NCBI RefSeq assembly: GCF_963921235.1
Contig: NC_086097.1
Coordinates: 135,906,001-135,970,000 of the forward strand
Direction: 5' to 3'
Source of the DNA: Mobula hypostoma
Lineage: Eukaryota
DNA length: 64,000 nucleotides
Shown here: positions 12,380-26,200 of the stretch, one piece after another
Layout: each line of letters begins with the position of its first letter
How positions within the stretch are numbered: position 1 is the stretch's first letter
The notes under the pieces: generated by a model
Databases searched by the model: none
What the model was told of the DNA's origin: nothing
What the model saw: only the letters and a program-made list of their open reading frames with translations
Translations under genes and position numbers: made by a program

Positions 12380-14700
12380 CAAAGGGAAAGCAGAGTGGCC
12401 TTTGTGGGAGTGGGCCAGGGTTAGAGTGAAAGGCTTTGACTTAACAGGCTTTGGCGAGAACAGGTGGAGGCAAAGAGCACTGACTCATTTGGGATAATTT
12501 ATTTTATTGTAGACCTTAAGCTTGAGAAGTCAGAGCTAAAGGTATAACAAATGTAGAAAAAAATGGTAGTTCAGCCAGTGAAATGCTACTCGTGTAAGAC
12601 GTTGGATTACTAGGGACTTAATGGTCTCCATGATGACTACATCTGCAGGAAGTGCACCCAGCTTCAACTCCTGACTGACAAGGTCAATGAACTGGATGTG
12701 CCCAGGACCATCTATGAAAACCTGGAGATGAAATTTTTACTGAGGTGGTCACACCCAGAGTACATGCTTCAGGGGTGACCATCAGGAGAAGTAAGAGGAG
12801 TGAGCAGTCAGTGAAGGGTTCCCTGTGGCCATTTCTCTCAGCAAGTATACCTCTTTAGATAGTGGTAGGTGGTGTTGACCTATGAGGGCACAGCAGCAGC
12901 AGCCAGGCCAGTGGCACCATAGCCAGCTCTGAGGCTCAGCAGGGAAGGTTAAAGTCCGGCAGAGTGATAATGATACAAGACTCGATAATTAGGGGGACAG
13001 GCTGGAGATTCTGTGAAAGAGTCAGCAGGATGGTGTGTTGCTACCCAGGTGCTAGGGTCCAGGATATCTCAGAGTAGTTGCAGAATATTCTCAAATGGGA
13101 GGGTGAGAAGCCAAATGTCATGCTGCACTTTGGCACCAATTGCATGAGTAGAAAAGGGGAAGAGGTCCTATGCAGTGAGTGGAGGAAGCTGGAAAAAGGC
13201 TGAAGAGCAGGAGCTCCAAGGTGGTAATCTCTGGATTACTCGCAGTGCCATATGCTAGTCGGGGCAGGGAGAGGATGATATTACAGATGAATGAGTGGCT
13301 GAGGAACCAGTGCAGGGGGCAGTGCTTCGGGTTCTTTGATCATTGGAATCTTTTTGGGGGCATAACTGAACTGTTCAAGAGGGACAGTTTGCACCTAAAC
13401 TGGGGGGAAATCAATAACCCCACCAAGATGTTCGCTAGTGCTATTCAGGAGGGTTTAAACTAGTTTGGCAAGGGAATGGGAACCCGAACACCAGGTCATT
13501 AAGTGGAGAGTTGGAGAGGAAGGTAGATGTCAGGGCCAGGAAAAACAAACAGGAGCCAAGTAATAGTTTGAAGTGTGTGCTTTTAATGCAAGATTATTCT
13601 GGGTATAGGTGATGAACGTCGAGCATGGGTCAGTACATGGAACTGTGATTTTGTGGCCATTAGAGAGACGGTTGAGAGAGACACAAATAGGTGCTTAATG
13701 TCCCAGAGCTTTGATGTCTTAGAAAAGACAGAAAGGGAGGTAAAAGAGGTGGGGGAGTCACACTATTAATCAAGGATATGATCAGAGCTGAACTCAGAGG
13801 AGACATAATGGAGAGATTGCTAACTGAGCCTACAGTGCTGTGCAAACGTCTTAGGCACATATATATTGCATGGATGCCTAAGGACTTTTGCACAGTACTG
13901 TAGTAATTATATGTATTGCACCATACTGCTCCTGCAAAAAAAAACAATTTTCATAAAATATGAAATATGTATGTGATGATAAACCTGATTCTGATATAGG
14001 TCCCTATTGTGGATTGAAAGTGGGAAAGTGGCGGAAAGAGGGGAATCATGGTTGGGAAAAGAGGAAGGGAGAAGTGGGGGGGGGGAACAGGAAGCACCAG
14101 AGAAACAGTCTGTAATGATCAATAATCTAATTGTTTGGAAACAAATTACTTTACTTGGTGTTCCAGGGCTGGGTGTGTTTCCATTGGCATTACCCACTGC
14201 CCTGACACTCCTTCTTTACCACCTGTCCCACACCCCTCTCACAGCACGCCACCCTCACCATTCCCAACATCCTTTGCTCCTACCAGATTTACAAACTTTC
14301 TCTCTGCTCCACATTGACAAATGCAGAACTGCACAGAAGCCTTAGGCACCCTAGCTATATAGACTGACTTTTGCACAGTACTGTATATGGGTAGAATTCA
14401 AAAATAGGAAGGATGCAACCAGTCTGGTGGGATTGTTCTACAGACCCACCAATAGCCATCGGGACATTGAGGAACAGATATGCAGGCAGATTTAGGAAAG
14501 GCGTAAAAACATTAGAGTTGTTGTCATGCTCAATTTCCCTAATAAAACTGAGATTTTTTAAATGCAAGAAGCTTCGATAGGGCAGAATTTGTTAGGTGCA
14601 TTCAGGAGGGTTTCTGAAATCTATAAGTCAATAGTCCAACAATAGGAGGGGCTGTACTGGACCTGGTGTTGAGTAATAAGCCTGGCCAGATGACTAAGCT
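12380..14700 (+). mobile_element. Degenerate CR1 LINE 5' half: 5'UTR, ORF1 (Zn-finger plus SGNH esterase) and start of ORF2 APE
   Basis: From about 12564: MVVQPVKCYSCK...DYICRKCTQLQLL; DSIIRG...MVCCYPGARVQD...HFGTN. ORF 13179-13463 (KVVISGLL...DSLHLNW...EGLN*) is followed by APE remnants (IWVEFKNRK, FYRP). Contains stops and frameshifts. Confidence 0.85.
13833..14383. mobile_element. Tc1/mariner-type non-autonomous element (two mini-MITEs flanking cargo)
   Basis: TIR CAGTGCTGTGCAAA / TTTGCACAGTACTG, TA at 13831-13832 and 14384-14385. Removing it restores the host CR1 APE sequence (ACTGAGCCTATATGGGTAGAA). Confidence 0.8.
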
Positions 14701-16914
14701 TCCTAATGCTGACTTTGACTTATTTTACCACTAGTCTCCAAGTACCCCAAAGCCTTATCCTTAATAATAGGCTCCAACACTCTCCTAGTCACTGTCGGTT
14801 AGGCTAACTGGTCTATAATTTCCTTTCTTTTGCCTTCCTCCCTTCTTAAAGAGTGGAGTGACATTTGCAATTTCCAGTCCTCCAGAACCATGACAGAATC
14901 AAGTGATTCAAATGCACTGGACTCCTGCATTCCTGGCTAACAGTATAAATCATCAGGGAGTGTCACTCTGAGGGTTCATCACTGAAGATGAGAGTATGTA
15001 AGTATTGAATCAAGCTCAAATGATGAGGGGTACCCTCCCTACACCAACATCGTCTGGACAATCAGAGGCCATGTCCATGTCACATCACGTTCTGTGGAGT
15101 CCACAGGACAGTGGTTGCCAATTCAGCCCCTCTGCATTTCTGCTCCCAACCTTTGTCCCACTGTCACCACCTCCTCCTATTCCAGACTGACATTCCGCTC
15201 ATCTGATTGTTTTATGATTATTGTCCCCGCACTTTCATTAACCCCACTAGACCTATCTCTATCCCTAATGCAACTCCTAATTTTGGTCCGATCCCTATCC
15301 TATCTCAGCCCCTAATGTTTGTCCTGTCCCGAGCCTCAATGTTAATCTTTTTCCTATTGGTAGTGTTCAAAGTCAAAGTTATGTCTATCGTTATTGCACA
15401 TATGAGTTACCATACAAGACTATGACTTAGCCAGTCAGGATACCATCAACAGCATATCGACAGAAATTTGTTAATGACAATCTGAACCTCCTAATAAATG
15501 TGGTTAAGGAACATCTTTTCTGTGATTCAGGTCACCCGATATGTAGGTGCTCTGGAATTTAAAGCTGCAGACTATTTCCATTATTGATCCACGTTTGCCT
15601 TCCTTCCCCTTCCTGATATCAACAATCAGTCTTTAGTTTTACTGCTGTTGAGTGAGATGTTGTTGTTGCTGCATCACTCAACCAGGTCCTGCAGAGCCTA
15701 ATCCAATCCCTAGGCTAAGCTCTATCCCTAATCCTGATATTAATGCCATCTATTGCCCTACACTAGCCCTTTTCCAAGCTATTTTCCTAACCTAAGAGCA
15801 GAGGTCCTTGGAGGATGCAGCATCCAACAGTCTAAGCCCCAGGACACAACACCCTGAACCATAAACGCCCAATAGACAGATGACCCAGAACTTCAACAAT
15901 TAAATCCCAAAGCCACAAGAGGGGAATTTGCCCCATGGTTCACAAATACATATCCCAACTCTACCATAAGACCCAATACCAACCCCAGTAAGACACAGTC
16001 AATGTTCCTACACCCAATTAATCCTTTCACCAAGGCTTCCAAAACTCCTTAACCCAGCCACCAAATCAATCCCCTGAACATGCAAACAGGAGCAGACTTC
16101 AGAATAGGTGAAAGCCATCAATCTGAAGACGTCCAATTCCAGCGTCCCATGGCTGTTCCTTCAACAACATCCTGTAAACAAACTAAGATACTGTTTGTCC
16201 TCCCCACGATAAGGGTAAAGCCTGGTGGAATTGTCAAAATTGATTTTATTGTCCATTTGCACAAAGCACATGTATGCACAGGTGCAATACAAATCTTACC
16301 TGCAGCAACATCACAGGCACAGAGCATCATATACAAAACATTTCAAGAAAAACATAAATAAAACACAAGTTATACACAACTTTTACAAGAAAAAGAACAA
16401 ATAGAGCTAAATAAAAGGCTCATTGTAATGAAAAGTGGCAAAGAGGCCATCATGCTGCTATATGAAGGCAGTGTTTAGGGTTTTGCCTGTTGGATTAAAA
16501 AAGCTGATTAGTTTAAGGGAAGTAGCGTTCTTGAACTAACAGAGTCCCAGTGGGAATTTAGGCTTCTCTCTACCTTCTGCCCAACAGTAGTTGCAAGAAG
16601 ATGGCAAGATCCTTTGAAGATTGATGCTGCCTTCTTGAGGTTGTGCCTCATGTAGATACGACTGATGGTGAGGAGAGACTAATAGAATGAGACATTGGCC
16701 AGGTTTACCATGAGGCTAATAACCTCAGGTGACAGAACAAACACCAGAAGGATAATCATTCTGTAACCCCCACCCCCCACCCAAACTAATACTTGAACCC
16801 CGATACACCTTCCCCACATCTACCTTATCCCAGCCCTACTTCATTTTGGAGATCTTCCTGAGCTGCTCTGCAGTTTGATTCCCATGAATCCACATAAACA
16901 CGAATCCTGAAGCT

Positions 16915-17495
16915 ATGTCTTTGATACACCATGGAAAGAGACTCTTCATCCCAACTGGGCCATACTGACCACAGCATCCTTCATGCCGGATATAGTTACA
17001 CATGTCCAGCCCATAACCATCAAACCCTCCCCTCCGTATACCTATTGAAATGCCCGTTAAATGTTGCAATTGTACCTGCCTTGATAATTCTTCCTGCAGC
17101 TCATCCAGGCACTCACTACCTTCAGTGTAAAGAGATTACCTCTCAGGATCTCTTTAAAATCTCTCTCCTCCTACCTTGTACTTGTCCCTTCTAGTTTTGG
17201 ACTCCCCGACCCTGGGGAAAAATCTCTGACTGTCCACCTTTTCGATACCCATCATAATTTTCTAAACGTCCTTGATGTCAACTCTTACCCTCCTGTGTTC
17301 CAGGTAAAAAAAATCCAGCGTGGTTAATATCTCCCTGGAACTCAGACCCTGTAGTTCAGACAACAATCTCATAAATCTCTTCTGCACCCTTTCGAGCATG
17401 ACAATATCCTTCCTATAATAGAGTGACCAAAATTGTACTCATTACTCGAAGTATGGCCTCACCAACAACTTGTACAACTGCAACATAATATCCCT
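16915..17495 (-). mobile_element. Old CR1 3' fragment
   Basis: Reverse complement of LYKLLVRP.FE....W and FPRVGESKTR motifs, plus a CR1-like 3'UTR. Confidence 0.65.
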
Positions 17496-17765
17496 ACTCC
17501 AAAGCTCTACCTCAGCAGCCATTCCCAGAATCCACAGGACTGGAGTGGAAGCAAGTCAACCTCAATTCCAAGTGACTGCCTGAGAAGTGTATTAAGATGA
17601 TAAATAATGACAACATTGAAAGGCTGAGCGAAGACCATCTATGCTCCATTGGAAGTAAGCCAATAAAACACATGGCTATTCCAGAAAGCAGTATGTGAGC
17701 TGTTGATTTCTTTCACGGGCATTTCATTCTTTAATTGGAGTATTGTCTGCAGTTCTGGTCACCTA

Positions 17766-19206
17766 TAGGGCCTATAAAAAGTATCCACACATTTCCCCCC
17801 CACCCCAGAAGCTTTCATGTTTTATTGTTTTTCAACATTGAATTACAGTGGATTTAATTGGCAGCAATTACAGCCTTGAGTCTGTGTGGATAGGTCTCTA
17901 AAAGCTTTGCACATCTGGACACTGCAATTTTGCCCCCTTCTTCTTTACAGAACTGCTTAAACTCTGTTAGATTGCATGGGGATCGTGAGTGAACAACCCT
18001 TTTCAAGACCACCACAAATTCTAAATTGGATTGAGGTCTGAACTCTGACTTGACCACTCCAGGACATTAACTTTATTGTTTTTAAGCCATTCCTTTGTAA
18101 CTTTGACTTTATGCTTGGTGTCATTGTCTTGATGGAAAACAAATGTTCTCCCATGTTTCTTGTAGGCTGCATCAGGTTTTCCTGCAGGATTTCCCTGTAT
18201 TTTGCTGCATTCATTTTACCTTCTACCTTCACAAGCCTTCCAGGGCCTGCTGCAGTGAAGCATCCCCACAGCATGATGCAGCCACCACTATGCTTCATGG
18301 TAGGGATGGTGTAGTTTTGATGATGTGTGATGTTTGGTGTTAGTCTGATGGCCAAAAAACTGAATTTTGGTTTCATTGGATCATAGAACCTTCTTCCAGC
18401 TGACTTCAGAGTCTCCCACATGCCTTCTGGCAAATACTAGCCAAGAATGTTTTTCAACAGTGGCTTTCTCTTTGCTACCCTCCCATAGAGCTGTGACTGG
18501 TGAAGCACCCTGGCAACAGTTGTTGTCTGCACAGTTTCTCCTATCTTAGCCTCTGAAACTTGTAACTCCTTCAGAGTTGTCATAGATCTCTTAGTGGCCT
18601 CCCTCACTAGTCCCCTTCAGTTTTTGAGGACAACCTGCTAGCCGGATTTACAGCTGTGCCATATTCTTCCCATTTCTTGATGATTGATTTAACTGTACTC
18701 CAAGGGATATTCAGTGACTTGGAAATTTTCTTGTATCCATCTCCTGACTTGTGCTTTTCAATAACCTTTTTGTGGAGATGCTTGGAGTGTTCTTTTTTAT
18801 CTTCATGGTGTAGTTTTTACCAGGATACTGACTCATCAGCTGTTGGACCTTCCAGATACAGGTGTACTTCTACTACAATCAATTGAAACACCTTGACTGC
18901 ACACAGGTGATCTCCATTTAACTAACTATGTGGCTTCTAAAGCCAATTGGCTGCACCAGTGATGATTTGGTGTGTCCCATTAAAGGGGGTGAATACTTAG
19001 GCAATCAATTATTTTGTGATTTATATTTGTAATTAATTTAGACCACTTTATAGAGATCTGTCTTTCAAAGATCATTTTGACATGAAAGAGTCCTTTTCTG
19101 TTGATCAGTGTCAAAAAAGCCAGATTAAATCCACTGTGATTCAATGTTGTAAAACAATAAGATATGAAAACTTCCAAGGGGGGGTGAATATGTTTTTTAG
19201 GCACTG
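17766..19206 (-). mobile_element. Tc1-family DNA transposon, decayed and internally deleted, inserted in a CR1 fragment
   Basis: TIRs (C>T)AGGGCCTATAAAAAG...GTGGATTTAAT / ATTAAATCCAC...TAGGCACTG with flanking TA. Transposase remnants PTMKHSGGCIMLWGCF...[11 protein letters not shown] (ORF 17957-18433) and LLETYPHRLKAVIAA. The host CR1 reads TGGTCACC-TA-TCTACAGGAAAGAT across the site. Confidence 0.9.
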
Positions 19207-19208
19207 TA

Positions 19209-19720
19209 TCTACAGGAAAGATATCAAGAAGATTGAAAAGTACAGAAAAAGTATATGCAGATTTTTCTTGGACTCAGTTACAAGGAAAGGTTGAATAGGT
19301 TAGGATTTTTTTTTCCCTGGGGCATAGGAGAATTAAGGGAGATTTGACAGAGGTATATAAAATTATGAGTGGCATCAATAGGGTAAATGCAAGCAGGCTT
19401 TTTCCACCGAGATTGAGTGCAACTAGAACTGCCAATTTTGAGTCGAATTTGAAAGGTGAAATGTTTAAGGAGAACATAAGGAGGAACTTCTTTACTCAGA
19501 GAGTGGTGAGAGTGTTGAATGAGTTGCCAGTGGAAAAGGTGAATGTGGGTTCAACTTCAATGTTTAAAAGAAATCTGGGTAGGTACATGGAAGGGAGGGA
19601 TATGAAGGGCTATGGTCCTGGTGCAGGTCGATGGGACGAAGCAGAATAATAGTTTAGCATGGACAAGATGGGCTGAAGGGCCTATTTCAGTGCTGAAGTG
19701 CTCTATGATTATGACTCTAA
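19209..19720 (+). mobile_element. CR1 LINE 3' end (continuation of 17735-17765)
   Basis: ORF 19344-19649 EVYKIMSGINRVN...NFFTQRVVRVLNELP, with a 3'UTR ATGGGCTGAAGGGCCT...CTCTATGATTATGA. Confidence 0.8.
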
Positions 19721-20364
19721 TAGTGTCAGAAGCACTTTGTTGCCCACACTGTAGCCTTCTGCTGTTTCTTTCATGTCCTGGTCAATTAATGCTGCTAATT
19801 TGTCAACATTAACTCATTCTTTTCCAAGAAGGGTCTGATCATAGGAAGCTGCCTCAGAAATGCGTTGAGACAGTAGAGAGCCATCACCCACTTAAATTAT
19901 GCTACAATAACTTCCCCTCTGCATGTTATTTTCCAGAAGAGAATTGTCAAAGAATTTATGATACGCAGCTTCCCAAGTTTGATCTGGACAGTGTTCAGTT
20001 GTACCCAGGAGAATCACAAGGCCTATGATGGCAACCCCACTATAATGGTCCTGGGTTATAAACTTGTACTCAAATGTTTCGTAATTCAGCAGACTTCATT
20101 TACAAGTAACCAAATCCCCTCCTTTATCCAAACCCTCTCCTTTATTTATTGTATATTAATCACTGCAGTGACAGGTTTTCAATCCAATCCTGGGGCAATG
20201 AAAGCATTGCATTGTTCTGGAAACATACACATTTGAAATGGTTGACCTATCCAGTCTTCAGAACCAGCCCTCATGGAATATCTAGGTGGTAAAACGGTGC
20301 CAGACAGCATTAGAATTGCAACAGTACATGCTGGAACTCTGCCTGTTCATTCCCGATATCAGAG

Positions 20365-22585
20365 AACATAGAACAAAGAACAGTACAGCACAGGAAAAGG
20401 CCCTTCAGCTAACAATGTTGTGTTGAGCCAGTCAATAACTGAACTAACTTTTTCTTCCTCTCCAAAGTCTATGTAATTTCATTTTCCTCATGTTCACGAG
20501 CCTATCTAAATGTCTCTTAAAAGTCCCCAAAGTTTCTGCGTCTGCCTCCACTCTAGGCAGCACATTCCACACACCCACCACTCTCGGTGCAAAAGGCTTG
20601 CCACTTACATCTCCTTTGAAATTACCTCCCCTCATGCCCTCTGGTACGAGACATTTCAACCCTGGGAAAAGGATACTGTTCGTCTACTCTATGCCTCTCA
20701 TAATCTTATGAACCTCTATCAGATCTACCCTAAGCTTCCGTCACTCCAGAGAAAGAAACCCAGCATTGCCCAACCTCTCATTATAGCACATGCCCCCTAA
20801 TCCAGGCAGCATCCTAGTCAATCTCCTCTGCACCCTCTCCAAAGCCTTGACACCCTCCCTATAATGTGTCAACCAGAACTCAAGATTCAGCCTAACTAGA
20901 CTTTTATAATGATGCAACATAACTTGTTGAATTTTGAACTCAGTACCTTGATTAATAAAGACAAGCAAGTCATATGCCTTCTTAACCACCCTACTACCTG
21001 TGTAACCACTTCCAGGGAACTTTGAACTTGGACCCCAAGATCCCTCTGCTCATCAACACTACAATGGTCTTGCCCTTATAATGCTGTCAATATATTAATG
21101 CTGTCAATATAATGGTCTTGCCCTTAACAGTGTTCTGTTCCATTACATTTGGCCTTCCAAGGTGCAACACTTCATGTTTGGTCGGGTTAAATTTCATCTG
21201 CCATTTCTCAGCGCATATCTGCAAATGATTTATAACCGGCTGTATTCTTTGCCAGTCTTCAACACAATCCACAACACCACCAAACTTCATATCATCTGCA
21301 AACTTACTAACCCACTCATCTACATTCTCATCCAGGTCATTTATATATATCACAATCAACAGACTGAACACCACTAATCACAGACCTTCAGATGGAATTA
21401 GCCGCTTCAACCACTGCTGTCTGTCTTCAATGGACAAACCAGTCCGGAATCCATATGGCCAATTCACCAGGGAACCCTTGCATCTTAATCTTCTGGATGA
21501 TCCTCCCATGAGGGACCTTGTCAAATGCCTTACGAAAATCCATGTAGACAACATCCACAGCTCTACCTTCATCAATCACCCTCGTCACCTTGTTAAAAAA
21601 CTCAGTAAAGTTAGTAAGACACGATTTGCCTCGCACAAAGTCATGCTGGTTCTCCCTAATTGGGTCATAGTTTTCCAAATGCTCATAAATCCTATCCCTA
21701 AGAACTTTCTCCTGTAATTTCCCTACTGATGTAAGATTCACCGATCTATAGTCTCCAGGATTATCCCTGGTTCCCTCCTCGAATAATGGAATGCCGTTGG
21801 TTACTCACCATTTCTCCAGCACCTCACCTGTGGCTAGAGAGGACACAAAGATATTGGTCAAGGCCCCAGCAATCTCTTCTCGTCTCTCTTCATAACCTGA
21901 GGTATATCCCGCCCCAGGGACTTATCCACCTTCATGCTCTTTCAGACTCCCAGCACCACTTTCTCATCTACCTCAAATACCCCAGCATATTAATACACAG
22001 GGCCCTGATCTCCCTATCCTCCACATCTTTCTCCTTGGTAGATACTGATATATAGTGCTCATTAAGGACCTGACCACATCCTCAGCATCCAAGCAAATGT
22101 CCTTGAGTGGTCCTACCCTGTCCTTAAATATCCTCTTGTATGTATATAATACCTGGGGATTCTCTTTAATCCTACTGGCCATGGACTTTTCATGGTCCTT
22201 CCTGGCTTTCCTAATTCCCTTCTTGAGTTCTTATCTGGCTTCCTTATAATACTCAATTTTGATTCTAGCATCCTAAACTTTACATGCTGTTCCCCTTTCT
22301 CTTGACTAAATTTGCCACCTCTCTCAATATGCAAGGTTCTCTTAACTTGTCATCCTTGTCCTTCATTCTGACTGGAACATACCTGCCCTGTACTCTGTAC
22401 AGTTGGTCTTTAAACACCTTCCTCATATCAGATGTGGACTTGCCTAAAAACAGCTGTTCCCAATTAACTCTCCCTAATCCCTGCCTAATGTTCTCGTAAT
22501 TTGCCCGTTCCGGTTTAATACTCTCCCACAACGTCCATACTTATCGTTATCTATAGCTATCTAAAGAGTTGTGGTCACTGTTCCC
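20365..22585 (-). mobile_element. Degenerate CR1 LINE ORF2 (RT) and 3' end
   Basis: Frameshifted ORF pieces QHDFVRGKSCLTN...VDVVYMDFRKAFDKVPH, YINDLD...SKFADDMK and LERVQRRLTRMLPG. Confidence 0.85.
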
Positions 22586-23288
22586 TTAGCTTCCAGTGTC
22601 TGTAAAGGAAAACTTGCCTGGCAAATTTGTTAGAGTTCTTCGAGGAAGTAACAAGTAAGGTGGACAAAGGAGAGGCAGTGGATGTCACTTACTTGGATTT
22701 TCAGAAGACATTTGATAAGGTGCCACACATGAGGCTGTTTAACAAGATAAAATTCAATGGCATTACAGGAAAGATATTGGCATGGGTAGAGGAATGGCTG
22801 ACAGGCAGGAGGCAGAGAGTTGGAATAAAGGGAGTCTTTTCTGGTTGGCTGCCAGGGACTAGTGGTGTTCCTCATGGGTCAGTATTAGGACCGCTACTTT
22901 TCACATTGTTTGTCATTGATTTAGATAATGGAATTCATAGCTTTGTGGCAAAGTTTGCAGATGATAAAAAGATAGGTTGAGGGGTAGGTAGTGCTGAGGA
23001 AGCAATGCAATTGCAGAAGGACTTAGACAAATTGGAATATTGGGCCAAAAAAATGGCAGATGGAATACAATGTTGGGAAATGTATGATAATATATTTTGG
23101 TATAAAGAACAGTAGTGTGGACTATTATCTAAATGGGAAGAAAATTCAAACATCAGAGGTGCAGAGGGACTTCAGAATCCTAATAGAAACATAGAAACAT
23201 AGAAACATAGAAAATAGGTGCAGGAGTAGGCCATTCGGCCCTTCGAGCCTGCACCGCCATTTATTATGATCATGGCTGATCATCCAAC

Positions 23289-26200
23289 TCAGAACCCAGC
23301 CTTCCCTCCATACCCCCTGACCCCTGTAGCCACAAGGGCCATATCTAACTTCCTTTTAAACATAGCTAATGAACTGGCCTCAACAGTTTGCTGTGGCAGA
23401 GAATTCCACAGATTCACCACTCTCTGTGTGAAGAAGTTTTTCCTAACCTCGGTCCTAAAAGGCTTCCCCTCTATCCTCAAACTGTGACCCCTCGTTCTAG
23501 ACCTCCCCAACATCGGGAACAATCTTCCTGCATCTAGCCTGTCCAATCCCTTTAGGATCTTATACGTTTCAATCAGATCCCCCCTCAATCTTCTAAATTC
23601 CAACGAGTACAAGCCCAGTTCATCCAGTCTTTCTTCATATGAAAGACCTGCCATCCCAGGAATCAATCTGGTGAACCTTCTTTGTACTCCCTCTATGGCA
23701 AAGATGTCTTTCCTCAGATTAGGGGACCAAAACTGCACACAATACTCCAGGTGTGGTCTCACCAAGGCCTTGTACAACTGCAGTAGTACCTCCCTGCTCC
23801 TGTACTCGAATCCTCTCGCTATAAATGCCAGCATACCGTTCGCCTTTTTCACCGCCTGCTGTACCTGCATGCCCACTTTCAATGACTGGTGTATAATGAC
23901 ACCCAGGTCTCGTTGCACCTCCCCTTTTCCTAATCGGCCACCATTCAGATAATAATCTGTTTTCCTATTTTTGCCACCAAAGTGGATAACTTCACATTTA
24001 TCCACATTAAATTGCATCTGCCATGAGTTTGCCCACTCACCCAACCTATCCAAGTCACCCTGCATCCTCTTAGCATCCTCCTCACTGCTAACACTGCCAC
24101 CCAGCTTCGTGTCATCCGCAAACTTGGAGATGCTGCATTTAATTCCCTCATCCAAGTCATTAATATATATTGTAAACAACTGGGGTCCCAGCACTGAGCC
24201 TTGCGGTACCCCACTAGTCACCGCCTGCCATTCTGAAAAGGTCCCGTTTATTCCCACTCTTTGCTTCCTGTCTGCTAACCAATTCTCCACCCACACCAAT
24301 ACCTTACCCCCAATACCGTGTGCTTTAAGTTTGCACACTAATCTCCTATGTGGGACCTTGTCAAAAGCCTTTTGAAAATCCAAATATACCACATCCACTG
24401 GTTCTCCCCTATCCACTCTACTAGTTACATCCTCAAAAAATTCTATGAGATTCGTCAGACATGATTTTCCTTTCACAAATCCATGCTGACTTTGTCCGAT
24501 CATTTCACCGCTTTCCAAATGTGCTGTTATCACATCCTTGATAACTGACTCCAGCAGTTTCCCCACCACCGACGTTAGGCTAACCGGCCTATAATTCCCC
24601 GGTTTCTCTCTCCCTCCTTTTTTAAAAAGTGGGGTTACATTAGCCACCCTCCAATCCTCAGGAACTAGTCCAGAATCTAACGAGTTTTGAAAAATTATCA
24701 CTAATGCATCCACTATTTCTTGGGCCACTTCCTTAAGCACTCTGGGATGCAGACCATCTGGCCCTGGGGATTTATCTGCCTTCAATCCCTTCAATTTACC
24801 TAACACCACTTCCCTACTAACATGTATTTCGCTCAGTTCCTCCATCTCACTGGACCCTCTGTCCCTTACTATTTCTGGAAGATTATTTATGTCCTCCTTA
24901 GTGAAGACAGAACCAAAGTAATTATTCAATTGGTCTGCCATGTCCTTGCTCCCCATAATCAATTCACCTGTTTCTGTTTGCAGGGGACCTACATTTGTCT
25001 TTATCAGTCTTTTCCTTTTTACATATCTATAAAAGCTTTTACAGTCCGTTTTTATGTTCTCTGCCAGTTTTCTCTCATAATCTTTTTTCCCCTTCCTAAT
25101 TAAGCCCTTTGTCCTCCTCTGCTGAACTCTGAATTTCTCCCAGTCCTCAGGTGAGCCACTTTCTCTGGCTAATTTGTATGCTACTTCTTTGGAATTGATA
25201 CTATCCCTAATTTCTCTTGTCAGCCACGGGTGCACTACCTTCCTTGATTTATTCTTTTGCCAAACTGGGATGAACAATTGTTGTAGTTCATCCATGCAAC
25301 CTTTAAATGCCTGCCATTGCATATCCACCGTCAATCCTTGAAGTGTCATTTGCCAGTCTATCTTAGCTAATTCATGTCTCATACCTTCAAAGTTACCCCT
25401 CTTTAAGTTCAGAACCTTTGTTTCTGAATTAACTACGTCACTCTCCATGTTAATGAAGAATTCCACCATATTATGGTCACTCTTACCCAAGGGGCCTCTC
25501 ACGACAAGATCGCTAATTAACCCTTCCTCATTGCTCAAAACCCAGTCCAGAATAGCCTGCTCTCTAGTCGGTTCCTCGACATGTTGGTTCAAAAAACCAT
25601 CCCGCATACATTCCAAGAAATCCTCTTCCTCAGCACCTTTACCAATTTGGTTCACCCAGTCTACATGTAGATTGAAGTCACCCATTATAACTGCTGTTCC
25701 TTTATTGCACACATTTCTAATTTCCTGTTTAATACCATCTCCGACCTCACTACTACTGTTAGGTGGCCTGTACACAACTCCCACCAGCGTCTTCTGCCCC
25801 TTAGTGTTACGCAGCTCTACCCATATCGATTCCACATCTTCCCGGCTTATGTCCTTCCTTTCTATTGCGTTAATCTCTTTTTTAACCAGCAACACCACCC
25901 CACCTCCCCTTCCTTCGTGTCTATCCCTCCTGAATATTGAATATCCCTGAACGTTGAGCTCCCATCCCTGGTCACCCTGGAGCCATGTCTCTGTGATCCC
26001 AACTATATCATAATCATTAATAACAATCTGCACTTTCAATTCATCCACCTTATTACGAATGCTCCTTGCATTGACACATAAAGCCTTCAGGCACTCTTTT
26101 ACAACTCTCTTAGCCCTTTTTAATGCTTGCCCTGGATTTGTCGGCCTGCCACTTTTACTTTTCCCCTTTGTACTTTTTGCTTCTACGCTCACTTTACACC

